Below, one piece after another: positions 9,459 to 20,443 of a DNA stretch of 64,000 bases (positions are counted from its first letter, which is position 1; every line of letters begins with the position of its first letter). The notes under the pieces were generated by a model. That model was given only the letters and a program-made list of their open reading frames with translations, made no database searches and was not told where the DNA came from. The translations under genes and the position numbers were made by a program. This DNA is from a virus. The stretch is from positions 1 to 64,000 of IMG/VR virus record IMGVR_UViG_3300042465_006864; one strand, written 5' to 3'.

Positions 9459-11337
9459 AAAGAAAGTTCTCATACATAGTAATTTCTGCAAAGCTTTCAC
9501 AGGTTTTGGTAAGCACAAAAAGAATATCTTGCGCTATCTGTTTAATACAGGCAAGTATGAAATGTTTGAGTTAGCCAATGGCTTGATGAGACGCTGCCCC
9601 GAAACTGATAGCACTCCATGGACTACTTATGGCTCTTTGCCAGATGTCCAAAAGATGGCGGAAATCAATCAAGATCAACACAAGCAACGTCAAGCTGCGT
9701 ATGGTGCTTTTGGTATAGATGATGTTATCAATACAGTGCGTCCCGATGTGTATATTGGTATCGAGGATATTTGGGCATTTGATGGCTTTTACGAAAAGCC
9801 TTGGTGGAATAAAGTGAATTCCATGATTTGGACAACGCTTGATAGCTTGCCAATTCTACAATCAGCAATTGACGCTGCGCCTAAAATTAAACATTACTAT
9901 GTATGGTCTTCTTTCGCGGAAAAAGCATTCCAACGAATGGGTTATAATCATATTAAAACCCTCAGAGGAAGCTTGGACGTAAATCAATTCTATAGAATGG
10001 ACGATCATAGACGCGCTGCATTGCGTCAAAAGTTTAATTTGTCCAATGAATATATCGTGGGCTTTGTGTTTAGAAATCAGCTTAGAAAAAGCGTTCCTAA
10101 TTTGCTGGAAGGTTTTAAAAAGTTTAAACAACAAGTTCCTCATGCTAAACTGTTGTTGCATACTCATTGGTCAGAGGGATGGGACATTCCCACTCTTTTG
10201 CAAGAAAAAGGTATCGACAACAAAGACATTCTTACGACTTATTTCTGCAAACAATGCAAGAGCTATTTCATTGCGCCATTTATGGGGCAAGATCGCGACT
10301 GTCCAGCATGTGGCGGCAAAAAAACAGTAAGCACTACCAACATTAATCAAGGAGTAAGTGAAGCTCAACTGAATGAAATCTACAACCTTATGGACGTATA
10401 CTGCCATCCATTTACAAGTGGCGGTCAAGAGATTCCAATTCAAGAAGCTAAACTCACAGAGCTTATCACACTAGTCACAAATTATTCTTGCGGCGAAGAG
10501 TATTGTACAGAAGAAAGCGGTGGCTTGCCTCTTAATTGGGCAGAGTATAGAGAGCCTGGAACTCAATTTATTAAAGCGTCCACTGATCCTGATCACATTG
10601 CCGAACAGTTGCTTGCTGTTTATAACATGCCTTCGATTGAACGTGCAGCGATTGGTATTAAAGCTCGCAAATTTGTAGTGGACTACTGTTCTATCGAAGC
10701 AATTGGTAAAGAGCTTGAGTCTCTTATTGACTCTATGCCAGAAGTTGATTACGACTTTGATAATCCTCCTTCTCGATTCAATGCTGATCACAAGCCTAAT
10801 TTTGAAACAGATGAAAAAGAGTTCATCATCTCTCTGCATAAAGAAATGCTGGGCGAAGCGGTTGACGAAAATCACACTTCGTTCAAAATATGGAAAAACA
10901 AACTACAGCAAGAAATCAATCGCGAACAAATGCACAATCATTTTCGCAACGTCTGCTTGCAGCAACAGCAAAAGCCTGTAGAGTTTGAAAGTGTTCTTGA
11001 TAAAGATGACGAAGGACGAAGAATCTGTGTTCTTGCTCAAGGAACAGAATCTGATATTCTTTTGCTGAATGGTCTTATGGAAAATCTTCACAAACAATAT
11101 CCACAGCACAACATCTACTTCGCCACACGGCAAGAGTATTTCCCGCTGATTGAGGATAATCGTTTTGTTCATAAATGTATCTTATATTCTGAAATGTTGG
11201 AGAATTCATTTATTTTAGAAGGAGCTGGCGCTCATAAAGGTTATTTTGACCTAGCGTTTATGCCGACAACAACTACTCAAAAGAACATTTGTTACATTCA
11301 CAACGGCAAAGATAAAATTCAATTCGATTTACAATGA
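9451..11337 (+). CDS. glycosyltransferase (GT4/GT-B) with zinc-ribbon insertion
   Basis: FTGFG; FRNQLRKSVPNLL; YNLMDVYCHPFTSGGQEIPIQEA; CKQC...CPAC insert. Confidence 0.85.
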   Translation: MTKKKVLIHSNFCKAFTGFGKHKKNILRYLFNTGKYEMFELANGLMRRCPETDSTPWTTYGSLPDVQKMAEINQDQHKQRQAAYGAFGIDDVINTVRPDVYIGIEDIWAFDGFYEKPWWNKVNSMIWTTLDSLPILQSAIDAAPKIKHYYVWSSFAEKAFQRMGYNHIKTLRGSLDVNQFYRMDDHRRAALRQKFNLSNEYIVGFVFRNQLRKSVPNLLEGFKKFKQQVPHAKLLLHTHWSEGWDIPTLLQEKGIDNKDILTTYFCKQCKSYFIAPFMGQDRDCPACGGKKTVSTTNINQGVSEAQLNEIYNLMDVYCHPFTSGGQEIPIQEAKLTELITLVTNYSCGEEYCTEESGGLPLNWAEYREPGTQFIKASTDPDHIAEQLLAVYNMPSIERAAIGIKARKFVVDYCSIEAIGKELESLIDSMPEVDYDFDNPPSRFNADHKPNFETDEKEFIISLHKEMLGEAVDENHTSFKIWKNKLQQEINREQMHNHFRNVCLQQQQKPVEFESVLDKDDEGRRICVLAQGTESDILLLNGLMENLHKQYPQHNIYFATRQEYFPLIEDNRFVHKCILYSEMLENSFILEGAGAHKGYFDLAFMPTTTTQKNICYIHNGKDKIQFDLQ

Positions 11338-12497
11338 GTCACCTAATAGAAGAATATGCCAAAAATCTTGGCGTGAAAATTGGCAAGCCTGTTTTGGCGG
11401 AACATTTCTTTCCAGTCATTCCAGAGAAGTATATTACTGTATCAGTAGAGCCGCAAGTTCAGTCGAAGCAGTATAAGTATTTTGATATTGTGTTTGATAC
11501 TGTGCGCTCATTTTTGAGCAAGCAGTCGATTAAGATTATTCAAATCGGTTCGTCAAAATCACAGAGACTATCGTCTGTAGATGAAATGATTTTTGATCTT
11601 GATTTTAAAAAACAGGCATATATCGTCAAGAATAGTCTGGCGCATATCGGCGGCAATGACGCTCTTATGCATTATGCTAGCGCCAATGATATTCCTATTG
11701 TCACATTGTTTGGCGATTCTTACGCCGCCTGTTCTGATGGCTATTGGAGTTCAAACAAAACAAATATCGAAGCACCTTGGGCTGTTAAGCCTAGTTTCAA
11801 CGCTGTAGATCAACAAGATTCAATCAATAAAATTTTACCAGAAGATATAGCCAATGCGATTATTAAAAAATTTACGCCCGAAAAATCTATTCCACTCAAA
11901 ACTCGTTTCCTTGGCGATTTTTACCATCATCCTGTTTTTGAGTTGGTTCCAGACTTTTTTGCGCAAATGCCAGGAATGCCAGAAAAACACTGGTTCATGA
12001 GACTCGATTATCTTGACTCTTTTTCGTATGTAGAGTCGTGGTGCGAGTATCTGCAATCATTCTCATTCTTCACAGAGAAGATGATCCCCCATCAATTCAT
12101 CCAGAAAATTCGCGGCAAGTTAAAGAATATTACTTTTCTAGTAAATGAGGAAAGTGTTATTTCTGTTGATTACCTCAACTATATTAGCGGTCTAGGAATT
12201 ACCATCAATCTTTTAGTTAAAGATGCGTCGATCCTTCCAACGATTCGTAATAAGTATTTCGATTCCAACGTGCAAGTTTATGCTACTGCTGATAAGTCTA
12301 TTTTAAAAGATAAAAAAATCACTTTTAATCAGTCATTTTTTCACTCTAATAAAACAATCATATCTCGCGGCAAAAAATACCCCAGCACCTATCATTGGAA
12401 AAAAGACAAAAATATTCTTGACAAGAACCTCGTCATAGAAGATAATGAGTTGCTCCTTAGCGAATTAAATCATTTCTATATTTATGACACAAAATAA
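11334..12497 (+). CDS. GT9/heptosyltransferase-like glycosyltransferase
   Basis: IIQIG...AHIGGNDALMHYASANDIPIVTLFG...INKILPEDI resembles the GT9 C-terminal domain. Confidence 0.65.
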   Translation: MSHLIEEYAKNLGVKIGKPVLAEHFFPVIPEKYITVSVEPQVQSKQYKYFDIVFDTVRSFLSKQSIKIIQIGSSKSQRLSSVDEMIFDLDFKKQAYIVKNSLAHIGGNDALMHYASANDIPIVTLFGDSYAACSDGYWSSNKTNIEAPWAVKPSFNAVDQQDSINKILPEDIANAIIKKFTPEKSIPLKTRFLGDFYHHPVFELVPDFFAQMPGMPEKHWFMRLDYLDSFSYVESWCEYLQSFSFFTEKMIPHQFIQKIRGKLKNITFLVNEESVISVDYLNYISGLGITINLLVKDASILPTIRNKYFDSNVQVYATADKSILKDKKITFNQSFFHSNKTIISRGKKYPSTYHWKKDKNILDKNLVIEDNELLLSELNHFYIYDTK

Positions 12498-13248
12498 AAT
12501 AACCAGAGGTCCAGACGGACTAATTGAAAACAAAGAATACAAGTTCACTCCAGATGGCTTCGTCGATTGGCGAGCCATGATTGATCCTCAGTTTCTTTAC
12601 CCGAACAAAGATTTCTTTGAGATTAGAAAATTGTCGATTCCTGCTTCTATTGAAGGCTTAGATGATAAACAATTGCTTATTATGCTCGGCGGCATCAAAG
12701 AGCTGGCTCGTTTGCGAGGCTTTAAGAGCGTTCGCTATAGCATCAAACACGAAGCGCCAAATTATGTTACAGCAATTTGTTGTATTGAATGGATTGGTAA
12801 TTTTGAAACAAGCGGTGAAGAGGTTATTTTTGAAGATGTCGCAAATGCCACAGAAGCAAATACCGACAACTTCTGTTTGAAGTTCCTCGAAACTATCGCG
12901 TGTAATCGTGCATTTGTTCGTTGCGTTCGCAATTTCCTCAATATTCATATTGTCGGAGCAGATGAAATCGACAAGTCTAAAAACAAAGCAGTTGACATTT
13001 CTGATCTTGTGCAATCCAGCGTTATTCCTATTACGCCACAGGGAGCTTTGGAAAAGAACGTCAATGATAAACTTAAAATCTTCTCGTTCGAAGACTTCAA
13101 AACATATCTCCGCAATATGTGGACTAGCGCTACAGAAGCGAATGACGCAACTACTCTTGATCTTTTGGCAGACGCTAAAAACTGGAGCGGTTTCACAGAT
13201 ATTCCTGCCAAGACTGCGCGTGTCTTGATTAAGAAAATCAATGATTAA
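12484..13248 (+). CDS. hypothetical protein, possibly Rad52/Sak-like ssDNA-annealing protein
   Basis: FEDVANA...ETIACNRAFVRCVRNFLNI resembles the Rad52-type helix; weak. Confidence 0.4.
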   Translation: MTQNKITRGPDGLIENKEYKFTPDGFVDWRAMIDPQFLYPNKDFFEIRKLSIPASIEGLDDKQLLIMLGGIKELARLRGFKSVRYSIKHEAPNYVTAICCIEWIGNFETSGEEVIFEDVANATEANTDNFCLKFLETIACNRAFVRCVRNFLNIHIVGADEIDKSKNKAVDISDLVQSSVIPITPQGALEKNVNDKLKIFSFEDFKTYLRNMWTSATEANDATTLDLLADAKNWSGFTDIPAKTARVLIKKIND

Positions 13249-13696
13249 GCGTATTACAAATCCTGTAGAATTTGAAAAGCTTATTGACGATATATATGAG
13301 CTTTTTAAACAACATGATTTGTATGAAGGTCACGCCTTGGTAGCTCACAGCCCAGAGACTATCAAGGCTAACTTTTCCCATCCATCTATTTTGGCGTGGG
13401 ATTTATTAGTGTGGGGAAATTTACAAGGCGATAAATTTGATGCAATGATCGCTTTTAACAAAGTTCGATGCCCAAAATTCAACGAAGAGATGATTCATGA
13501 ATTTCTGTGGTTATCTAAAAATCCGAAAGCTGGTTATAAGCTGTTTAAAACGGCAGCTGATGCTGCAAGACAAATGGGGTGCAAATACATCACAATGTCT
13601 ACAGCAGTCAACAATCCTTATCACCAAAAAGTAAAATCATTCTACCGTAAAATGGGATTCATTAAAGATACCGAAACATACATTAGCAAACTATGA
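13241..13696 (+). CDS. GNAT-family acetyltransferase-like protein
   Basis: GYKLFKTAADAARQMGCKYITM...SFYRKMGF, the GNAT C-terminal motif. Confidence 0.7.
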   Translation: MIKRITNPVEFEKLIDDIYELFKQHDLYEGHALVAHSPETIKANFSHPSILAWDLLVWGNLQGDKFDAMIAFNKVRCPKFNEEMIHEFLWLSKNPKAGYKLFKTAADAARQMGCKYITMSTAVNNPYHQKVKSFYRKMGFIKDTETYISKL

Positions 13697-13851
13697 ACAA
13701 TAAAAAAGCAAAAAAACTGAGACAAATACTACCCCCTGAAAACGCGATGTCAAAACGCGCATATCGTCGAGCAAAGAAATTTTACTCTCGTTTGCCAGAA
13801 CATGCGAAAGCAGACTTCTTAGCTGGACTAGAAGCAATGGCAAGCAATTAA
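13693..13851 (+). CDS. small basic protein (52 aa)
   Basis: MNNKKAKKLRQILPPENAMSKRAYRRAKKFY...; ATGA overlap with the GNAT stop; below the ORF-track cutoff. Confidence 0.6.
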   Translation: MNNKKAKKLRQILPPENAMSKRAYRRAKKFYSRLPEHAKADFLAGLEAMASN

Positions 13852-15683
13852 AATATCGTTGCTTGTAGTTTGTAAGTCGCGCCAGTATAGCTACTGCCAC
13901 TCACATACAAACCGCATAACCCTCCCGCAAGACCCGTAAGCTGATATGTCGATGATGTATCGTTTACGGGTTCTTGTATTAAAGCAAGACCAGTAGTATT
14001 GACTACTCCTTTCAATTCAGAAAGTCGTCTGATATTTCCTGAGTCTTTAATTTCTACTAAGTATTTCACGCTAGTAAAAACTCCAGAATCAAACTCATGA
14101 ATAACACCTCTTCCATAGCAAAGTTTGCCTGTTTGATATATTGTTTGATTGAATCCAGTTCCATCGTAAATATTAACGGCATTTACGTCTGCGCTTGATA
14201 GCAATACATTTGTTTGTTTAGTTACAAACGTGGTCGGTCCAAATACAAAAGACTTACCAGATCCTAAAGCTCCGTATGGAACAACTGTGAAGTAGTATGG
14301 AATATTTTCTGTTAATTCTCCCTTGTTGATTGTCAAAGCGTAAGCATTAGATACGTTAACAACACTTTGCGAGAATAAATAACCCTCTTGAGCTGTAGGA
14401 TTAAGATACGTTAATTCGTTTACAGCAGAGCCAGCTCCAGTAGAAGCATAAACATCATAGCGATCCATTTGTATAAATCGCAAGTCATTCTGTAATACGA
14501 TTGAAGCATCAAATGATTCTGTCGCTTGTGACGCTCCACTAAATTCAGAATAATTCGGCACAATGTCCAAAATATTCGGAACATTACCATATGCCAAGAA
14601 TACGCCTGTGAAAATTGATCCATCAAATGAATTCGGCAGCTTGCATCTTACGCCGAAATCTTTTTTATAAGAGCCAAAAATATTTTCATTATCTAGCGCT
14701 GAAACAGTTACAGAGCGTGAATATTTTCCTGTGAAGAAATTCGCGGCGGCAGTTGTTCCATCTATATTTAAAATATCAAACACGCACCCACTAATTAACG
14801 GATTCTCCAAGAATTGTTGACTAGAAGAAATGGTGTTGAGCTGTTGGTCCAAAATATCGAAAAAGAAAGTAACATCTTTTTGCGAGTGAACGCCGCTGCC
14901 TGTGAAAATTTGGTTTAAGTTGCCAGTATCAACATTAAATGCTGGATCAAATTGAAACAAATTGATAGAACCTCCTGGAGTTGGATATGCCAAATCAAAA
15001 GATACACATAAATCTGCGCCAGTTGTTGGATTTATTTCGCCACTTCCACTTTCAACAATTGAAGGATTAACTAAATACGAACCACTTAATTCATACAAAC
15101 CAATTTCATAATATAACTTATTTGCAATGCCATTGTTTTGGTTGTTTATAAAACATAGTTGATTTGAACCCTCATTCAAAATCAATTCGCTAAAATAATA
15201 AGACTCTTCTGAAGTAGAATAGTCTTGATAAATAGATAATGAATAATCGCCATCATAATCGGTATACGATCCATAAGGACTGCCAGAACTATACAGCGTG
15301 CTTGTGACTTCAGTAGTTTCTCCTATTTTTAAAACCCATGGATTCGAGCCGCTCTTAACAAGAGAAAAGTTATAAATTGCTGCTTGTAGATCATAATAAA
15401 AGTTTCCTATTGGACCCTCTTTAAGAATAGAAGAACCTGTTGATTGAGTGCAATCATCATCAAAAGACCAATTTATTGCAATTGGGCATCCGCCACTTAG
15501 TATAGGACTAACACTGCTTAATTTTAATGAAGAATCAGCAGAACCAACAAGATAAGCTCCATCACCTTGACCAGATCCAGTAGTTGATCCTACATATCCA
15601 CTGTTAATTAAAATATCAAATAAATCAGAACCTGCCTGACCTGTTATTTTAATCCCAACGACCTTATTTTGATATGAAAACAT
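13848..15683 (-). CDS. tail-associated structural protein
   Basis: 611 aa, S/G/T-rich, directly downstream of the J-like gene; Fn3-like YYFTVVPY motif. Confidence 0.6.
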   Translation of the reverse strand: MFSYQNKVVGIKITGQAGSDLFDILINSGYVGSTTGSGQGDGAYLVGSADSSLKLSSVSPILSGGCPIAINWSFDDDCTQSTGSSILKEGPIGNFYYDLQAAIYNFSLVKSGSNPWVLKIGETTEVTSTLYSSGSPYGSYTDYDGDYSLSIYQDYSTSEESYYFSELILNEGSNQLCFINNQNNGIANKLYYEIGLYELSGSYLVNPSIVESGSGEINPTTGADLCVSFDLAYPTPGGSINLFQFDPAFNVDTGNLNQIFTGSGVHSQKDVTFFFDILDQQLNTISSSQQFLENPLISGCVFDILNIDGTTAAANFFTGKYSRSVTVSALDNENIFGSYKKDFGVRCKLPNSFDGSIFTGVFLAYGNVPNILDIVPNYSEFSGASQATESFDASIVLQNDLRFIQMDRYDVYASTGAGSAVNELTYLNPTAQEGYLFSQSVVNVSNAYALTINKGELTENIPYYFTVVPYGALGSGKSFVFGPTTFVTKQTNVLLSSADVNAVNIYDGTGFNQTIYQTGKLCYGRGVIHEFDSGVFTSVKYLVEIKDSGNIRRLSELKGVVNTTGLALIQEPVNDTSSTYQLTGLAGGLCGLYVSGSSYTGATYKLQATIF

Positions 15684-15686
15684 AAA

Positions 15687-18600
15687 TTATTGTAAAGAAA
15701 AGCCGACAATGGCTGGTTTAGTAATGCTTGTAGTGTTAGTTCCTGAGTAAGCAACAAATGTTCCTGTAGTAGCAGTAGATGAATTAATATTCGGAGATTC
15801 TGCCAATGCTGCAACAGATAGAGTCCAATTTCCGATATTAGTCAATCCAGTGAATTGTACACCAGTTTGATTAGTGATTGTTGATTCAAAATATCCAGCC
15901 AAAGAGTTGTCAATTGAAACACTATACCCTGTCGCACTTGCAACAGAAGCCCATTGTCCTGTAAGTTTGAAGTTGCTTGATGTCTGGTTGAATCCAGAGA
16001 ATGTTGCGATACTTGGCGTGGCTAATTGTTTAATCTGAGCATTACCAACATTAATTACTCCAGTGTAGTAAGTATTTTCTAGGAAGTCTTGAGTTATTGC
16101 TTTTTCAATTGTGTCAAATTTTCCTGTATCATAACGAGAAGCTGTAACGCCATATTCGTTTTGAGAATTTTCGCGGATTGAAATAATTTTGTATATTTGA
16201 TCAGATGCTGATGTTCGTTCAATTCTATATACACTTCCAGCTTTTACTGCTGGCAAGAAGCTGACATTGGGATCGTTTTTGTTAAGAGAAATAACGCTTC
16301 CATAATCAACAGTATTATCGTGACCAGTTAGTGATATTTTTGTGATCTGTGAAATATTGTAAGCATTGATTTCTCTATCTAAAATGCCATTTGTGACTGG
16401 ATATAAATCATCATCCCAGTTTATAGCGCCTGATATTTGACCAGTAGTTGCGCCACGTTTATTCGATGCTCCTGAGCTGTAAGCAAATCCAGTATAATTA
16501 CCGCTATCTCCTTTGGCTAGCGGGGAAATATCTGCACCATAAAATACGCCTGTATTGGTGATCACCTTATCGTATGTGTCGTTGTTTTGAAATGCCAATC
16601 CAGTAGCAAAAACAAAACCAGTAGCTCCTGTATTATAGTAGCAATATAATTTTTGACCAGCAGAACCAGTTCCTGTATATGCTGGAAATTGATATGGATA
16701 AATTGTAGAGTTGGCAAAACCATCAGTATAGCCCGAAAACTTATACAAACCACTCAAACTAGAATTACCTAACAACCCCGTAATAGAAAATTGTTCAACT
16801 CTTTGTCTTCCAGTTGTTGCTAATTGCTCTAATTCGGAAGATGTAGAATAGCCTGTTGGAGTATAAAGAGTAATGAATCCTGTATATTCTCCACTAATAA
16901 ATTGGTTATCAATTCGAAGTTTTTTGTTAACTAGGTCTACGTCTAATACTCTACCATAGTTAGTAGCACGGGTTTTCATTTCATCCTCAATGATAATCAA
17001 ATCTCCAGGTCTGCATAGAAGAGCTTCTAATCCAGCAGAAAAGTCTACGCTTTGATTTTCTTTTGTGGTTTGATAAATAATATGTTGACCAATGCGGCGA
17101 GCCATAGCTCTCGATGTAACACCCGATGTATTGATCGTTGTTTTGAAAACGCCTCTTTTACGAATGTCTTGTTCGTCTTGAATGTATTCTACTTTTGTTT
17201 TATAGTTATCGAAACGGTCTAAGTATACCACCTCAACAGTATTAAACTGCAAGTCTCTACGAACATTGCTATAGTTAAAGATTCCGTCTTTGGCATTTGC
17301 ATTATTAAACAAAGCAATTGGAGTTCTTGGTCTATCATCAAGAAAGTGAATTTCAGAGCCGCCAAAGAAAACTATGCCACGAAACAAGTTGGCAATTACA
17401 TTGATCGCGTCATAAACTTTTGTTTGTTCTTTGAATAGAATATTGCAAGAGAATCGCGGCTCCAATCCGCCAACGCCATCACTAACGCCAATAAAGTAAC
17501 CTTCATCATCTACTGCATCGCAGAATCTAGCGATTTTATAAAGCTCCCATTTATTGACTTGTGCTTCATCAATATAAGCTCCCAAGCCATAACGCTTACT
17601 CGTTAGTAGATCGTACAATATCCACGCTGGGTTGTCCGTCCAACCTTCGGTAAAAGAACCGTCCCAATCTCCTTCATAGATTTGTTTTGTAGTAGTGTAG
17701 TCTTTTGCGCTTTTGACATATCGAATATCTATTCTAGTTTCAGAATCTATGATTTTATAATTCGAGGGTATTTTAACTTTTTTTAATTTGCAGTCATAAC
17801 TACGCTCTGGAATCGCACCAAAAGCTCTAGCGTCTAATTTAATTCCAGCAATTGCTGAAAATGGATAAGAAAGTCTTTGGTCAATTATTTCAGTTACTTT
17901 GCCCAGTGAGATTTCTTTGTTGATAAGAGTTGAGTTTGTTTCGCAAGATAATTTAACAACTTTAATATATCGCTTGGTAGTAGATGGATCTTCGCCATCA
18001 TTAAGCGATGGAAGATCAAATGGACGAGTTAAGTTTGCGTCATTTAAATTTTCACCATCAATCAATTTAACAGAGTCTCTTAATAGATTCTCAGCTTCAC
18101 TATAATCTGCGCCGAAATCAATTATACAAGCACCTTCAATTAAGCCAACTATAGAATAAGAATACGATTTAACATCTTTTTTCTCTCCATTTGTTATCTT
18201 TCCAGTTTCAATTTTAATTGCTACGATTGAGGGGATTTTTGCACCAGCTTCTAACTTGCCAACATCTTTAACGCCTTCAGTAGTTACGTGTATTGTGTCT
18301 GATAGCGAATTAACAACAATTGAAAGTGATACCTTATCAACAAAAGGATTTTCGACAGTATGTGTTACAGCCAAAGAGTTATAATCTTTTTTCTCGTTGT
18401 CATTATTCCAATCGGAGTAATTGTTTTGAGCTTTTCCATAAGCTCTTTGATCATTCGATCCTTCTTGTCCAGCAATCAAATTAGTTTGAGATATGCTTAA
18501 ATTATTGCTATTTAAACCAGCAGCACCGAGTCTAAATTGAGTGTCTTTATTATTGACAACGATTCTTTGTATTGCTTGCGATTTAACAAACGGTCCAAGC

Positions 18601-19769
18601 AGCTTCGCCTCATAAGCATAATCATTGATAACTTTATCGAAACCGCTTAGACTGCTTTGAAATTCTTCGCCATTTTTAAATTGACACGATACATTAGAAA
18701 AATTAAATAATTCGTTAGCTCTATTAGATATTTGAGATGTCTTTTCTAACGCTTGCAACTGAATATCGTTTTTATTTAAAGCTTTTAATAAGCTTTTGGA
18801 AAAGTAATACCAATTACTGCTTGCATCTTTTGGATTTCTTAATTCTCTTAATGGAGCTGCAATAATAACAATACTCTTAACGTCTCCCGTGTACTGATTA
18901 TTGGAAATGACTGGTTGGGTTAATGTATATACATAATCGAACTTATCAGACAAACCTTTAATTGAAAAATCTATATCTTGACTGCTTTGAATTTGTTCAT
19001 TTAAATTTATTTTTTGATTACTCAAGTCAATGATAATAAAACAAGTATTAACAAGTCCAGGAATTCTTTTATTAGAAACGTAATTTGATTGACTCATTAG
19101 ACTTTTTATCTTATCTAATGTTTTGATATTTTCCTTGGCAATTGAGCGAACGATAGAGTCTTTATTGTTTTTCGACTCATTTAAAATATGATTTTGAAAA
19201 GAATTTAAAATCGCTGATTTTTGAACAATTGGAGATGCGTAATGAATTTCAATTTTATTATCTGCTAGACCCCAATACGCTGGCAGTGGATTTTTAACGC
19301 TTATATTTAGAAAGTTATTCCAACTTTTTTCATACAATGGAATCGTTGTGGCAAATCGCTCGATACCTAGCAATTTTGTTTTTGCAAAAAAAACTCCTTC
19401 AGTTGACAGCGGCTGCTTGACAATAGTTTTAAACTTTTCATTTTCAATGTAGATGCTACTAATCGCATTAGTTAAATTAGCAATCGACAAACTACCATAA
19501 CTTTTTGCAGGATTCAAGCTTTCAGTGTTTTGTATAGGTGTATTATCTAAATAAATACCTTTAAAAATACTTTCTTCTAATAAAGCTCCATTTTGATCTA
19601 CTAATCCGTCAATGGGTCCATCGGAAATTAAATCAATAATCTCTGCAACACTATATGAAGCAGTAGATTTAAATCCTCCTAGTTTTGGCGGATTTAGGAT
19701 AGCTGGTTCTGGCTTCGGCGCTCCTTTACCAGCACCTCTAATTAAAAGTTTTTTATTAACGTGTTTCAT
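15687..19769 (-). CDS. tail tip / host-specificity protein J-like
   Basis: IDLISDGPIDGL, YPFSAIAGIKLDA, WTDNPAWILYDLLTSKRYGLG, EPRFSCN, GVTSRAMARR, RPGDLI motifs of the lambda gpJ family. Confidence 0.92.
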   Translation of the reverse strand: MKHVNKKLLIRGAGKGAPKPEPAILNPPKLGGFKSTASYSVAEIIDLISDGPIDGLVDQNGALLEESIFKGIYLDNTPIQNTESLNPAKSYGSLSIANLTNAISSIYIENEKFKTIVKQPLSTEGVFFAKTKLLGIERFATTIPLYEKSWNNFLNISVKNPLPAYWGLADNKIEIHYASPIVQKSAILNSFQNHILNESKNNKDSIVRSIAKENIKTLDKIKSLMSQSNYVSNKRIPGLVNTCFIIIDLSNQKINLNEQIQSSQDIDFSIKGLSDKFDYVYTLTQPVISNNQYTGDVKSIVIIAAPLRELRNPKDASSNWYYFSKSLLKALNKNDIQLQALEKTSQISNRANELFNFSNVSCQFKNGEEFQSSLSGFDKVINDYAYEAKLLGPFVKSQAIQRIVVNNKDTQFRLGAAGLNSNNLSISQTNLIAGQEGSNDQRAYGKAQNNYSDWNNDNEKKDYNSLAVTHTVENPFVDKVSLSIVVNSLSDTIHVTTEGVKDVGKLEAGAKIPSIVAIKIETGKITNGEKKDVKSYSYSIVGLIEGACIIDFGADYSEAENLLRDSVKLIDGENLNDANLTRPFDLPSLNDGEDPSTTKRYIKVVKLSCETNSTLINKEISLGKVTEIIDQRLSYPFSAIAGIKLDARAFGAIPERSYDCKLKKVKIPSNYKIIDSETRIDIRYVKSAKDYTTTKQIYEGDWDGSFTEGWTDNPAWILYDLLTSKRYGLGAYIDEAQVNKWELYKIARFCDAVDDEGYFIGVSDGVGGLEPRFSCNILFKEQTKVYDAINVIANLFRGIVFFGGSEIHFLDDRPRTPIALFNNANAKDGIFNYSNVRRDLQFNTVEVVYLDRFDNYKTKVEYIQDEQDIRKRGVFKTTINTSGVTSRAMARRIGQHIIYQTTKENQSVDFSAGLEALLCRPGDLIIIEDEMKTRATNYGRVLDVDLVNKKLRIDNQFISGEYTGFITLYTPTGYSTSSELEQLATTGRQRVEQFSITGLLGNSSLSGLYKFSGYTDGFANSTIYPYQFPAYTGTGSAGQKLYCYYNTGATGFVFATGLAFQNNDTYDKVITNTGVFYGADISPLAKGDSGNYTGFAYSSGASNKRGATTGQISGAINWDDDLYPVTNGILDREINAYNISQITKISLTGHDNTVDYGSVISLNKNDPNVSFLPAVKAGSVYRIERTSASDQIYKIISIRENSQNEYGVTASRYDTGKFDTIEKAITQDFLENTYYTGVINVGNAQIKQLATPSIATFSGFNQTSSNFKLTGQWASVASATGYSVSIDNSLAGYFESTITNQTGVQFTGLTNIGNWTLSVAALAESPNINSSTATTGTFVAYSGTNTTSITKPAIVGFSLQ

Positions 19770-20443
19770 TATGAGGTTCTATCATTGTTAAGAGCTTGTC
19801 CATCTGAAAATAGAGAATTTTCTTTTTCAAATGCTTGTGGGTAAGATTTGATGGTTGATTGAATAACAGCAGAACCGACTCTAAGTCTGCCATAACCTAC
19901 AGGAACAGGAATGCCTTGTTCTGCGACATTAGCTTTAGAAGAAAACAAGAAAGATTGTTTTGCGGAATTAACATCCGCAGAAGGTCTATCCATTTTAGGT
20001 TTTGGGGCAAGCAGCATTTGAATACCCATCAAAGCAATTCCCACTCCAATGTTAGTTAAAGCGGTTCCCACTGTCCCCGCCGCAGCACCGAAGAAACTAG
20101 CGCCGAGTCCACCTGCAACAGCAAATCCAGCTCCAGCAGTCAATACACCCAAAGCAATAATAGCAATGATAGCGCCAGCTTTACCAGCACCACATACCAA
20201 AGGAACAATATCAATCTGTTGATTATCTGACACGATAGACAACTCTTCAATAGTAGTCATCTTTTTACCATCTACAAGCAAAGTAAAATAAATGCCTTGA
20301 TTAGCCAACTCCACTATTCGATGACGAAAATTATTATGAGTGCAAGAGATAGCATCAAAAACCTCTTTTGGGCGTTTGATTGCCAAGCTAAAAGTCTTTT
20401 TAAACTCTTTTGCTAATATACCATGTAGTGTTACTTGTGTCAT
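19769..20443 (-). CDS. tail assembly protein I-like
   Basis: MTQVTLHGIL..., IDIVPLVCGAG, hydrophobic Gly/Ala stretch, QGIPVPVGYGRLRVGSAVI; start moved to ATG 20443, overlapping the K stop. Confidence 0.88.
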   Translation of the reverse strand: MTQVTLHGILAKEFKKTFSLAIKRPKEVFDAISCTHNNFRHRIVELANQGIYFTLLVDGKKMTTIEELSIVSDNQQIDIVPLVCGAGKAGAIIAIIALGVLTAGAGFAVAGGLGASFFGAAAGTVGTALTNIGVGIALMGIQMLLAPKPKMDRPSADVNSAKQSFLFSSKANVAEQGIPVPVGYGRLRVGSAVIQSTIKSYPQAFEKENSLFSDGQALNNDRTS

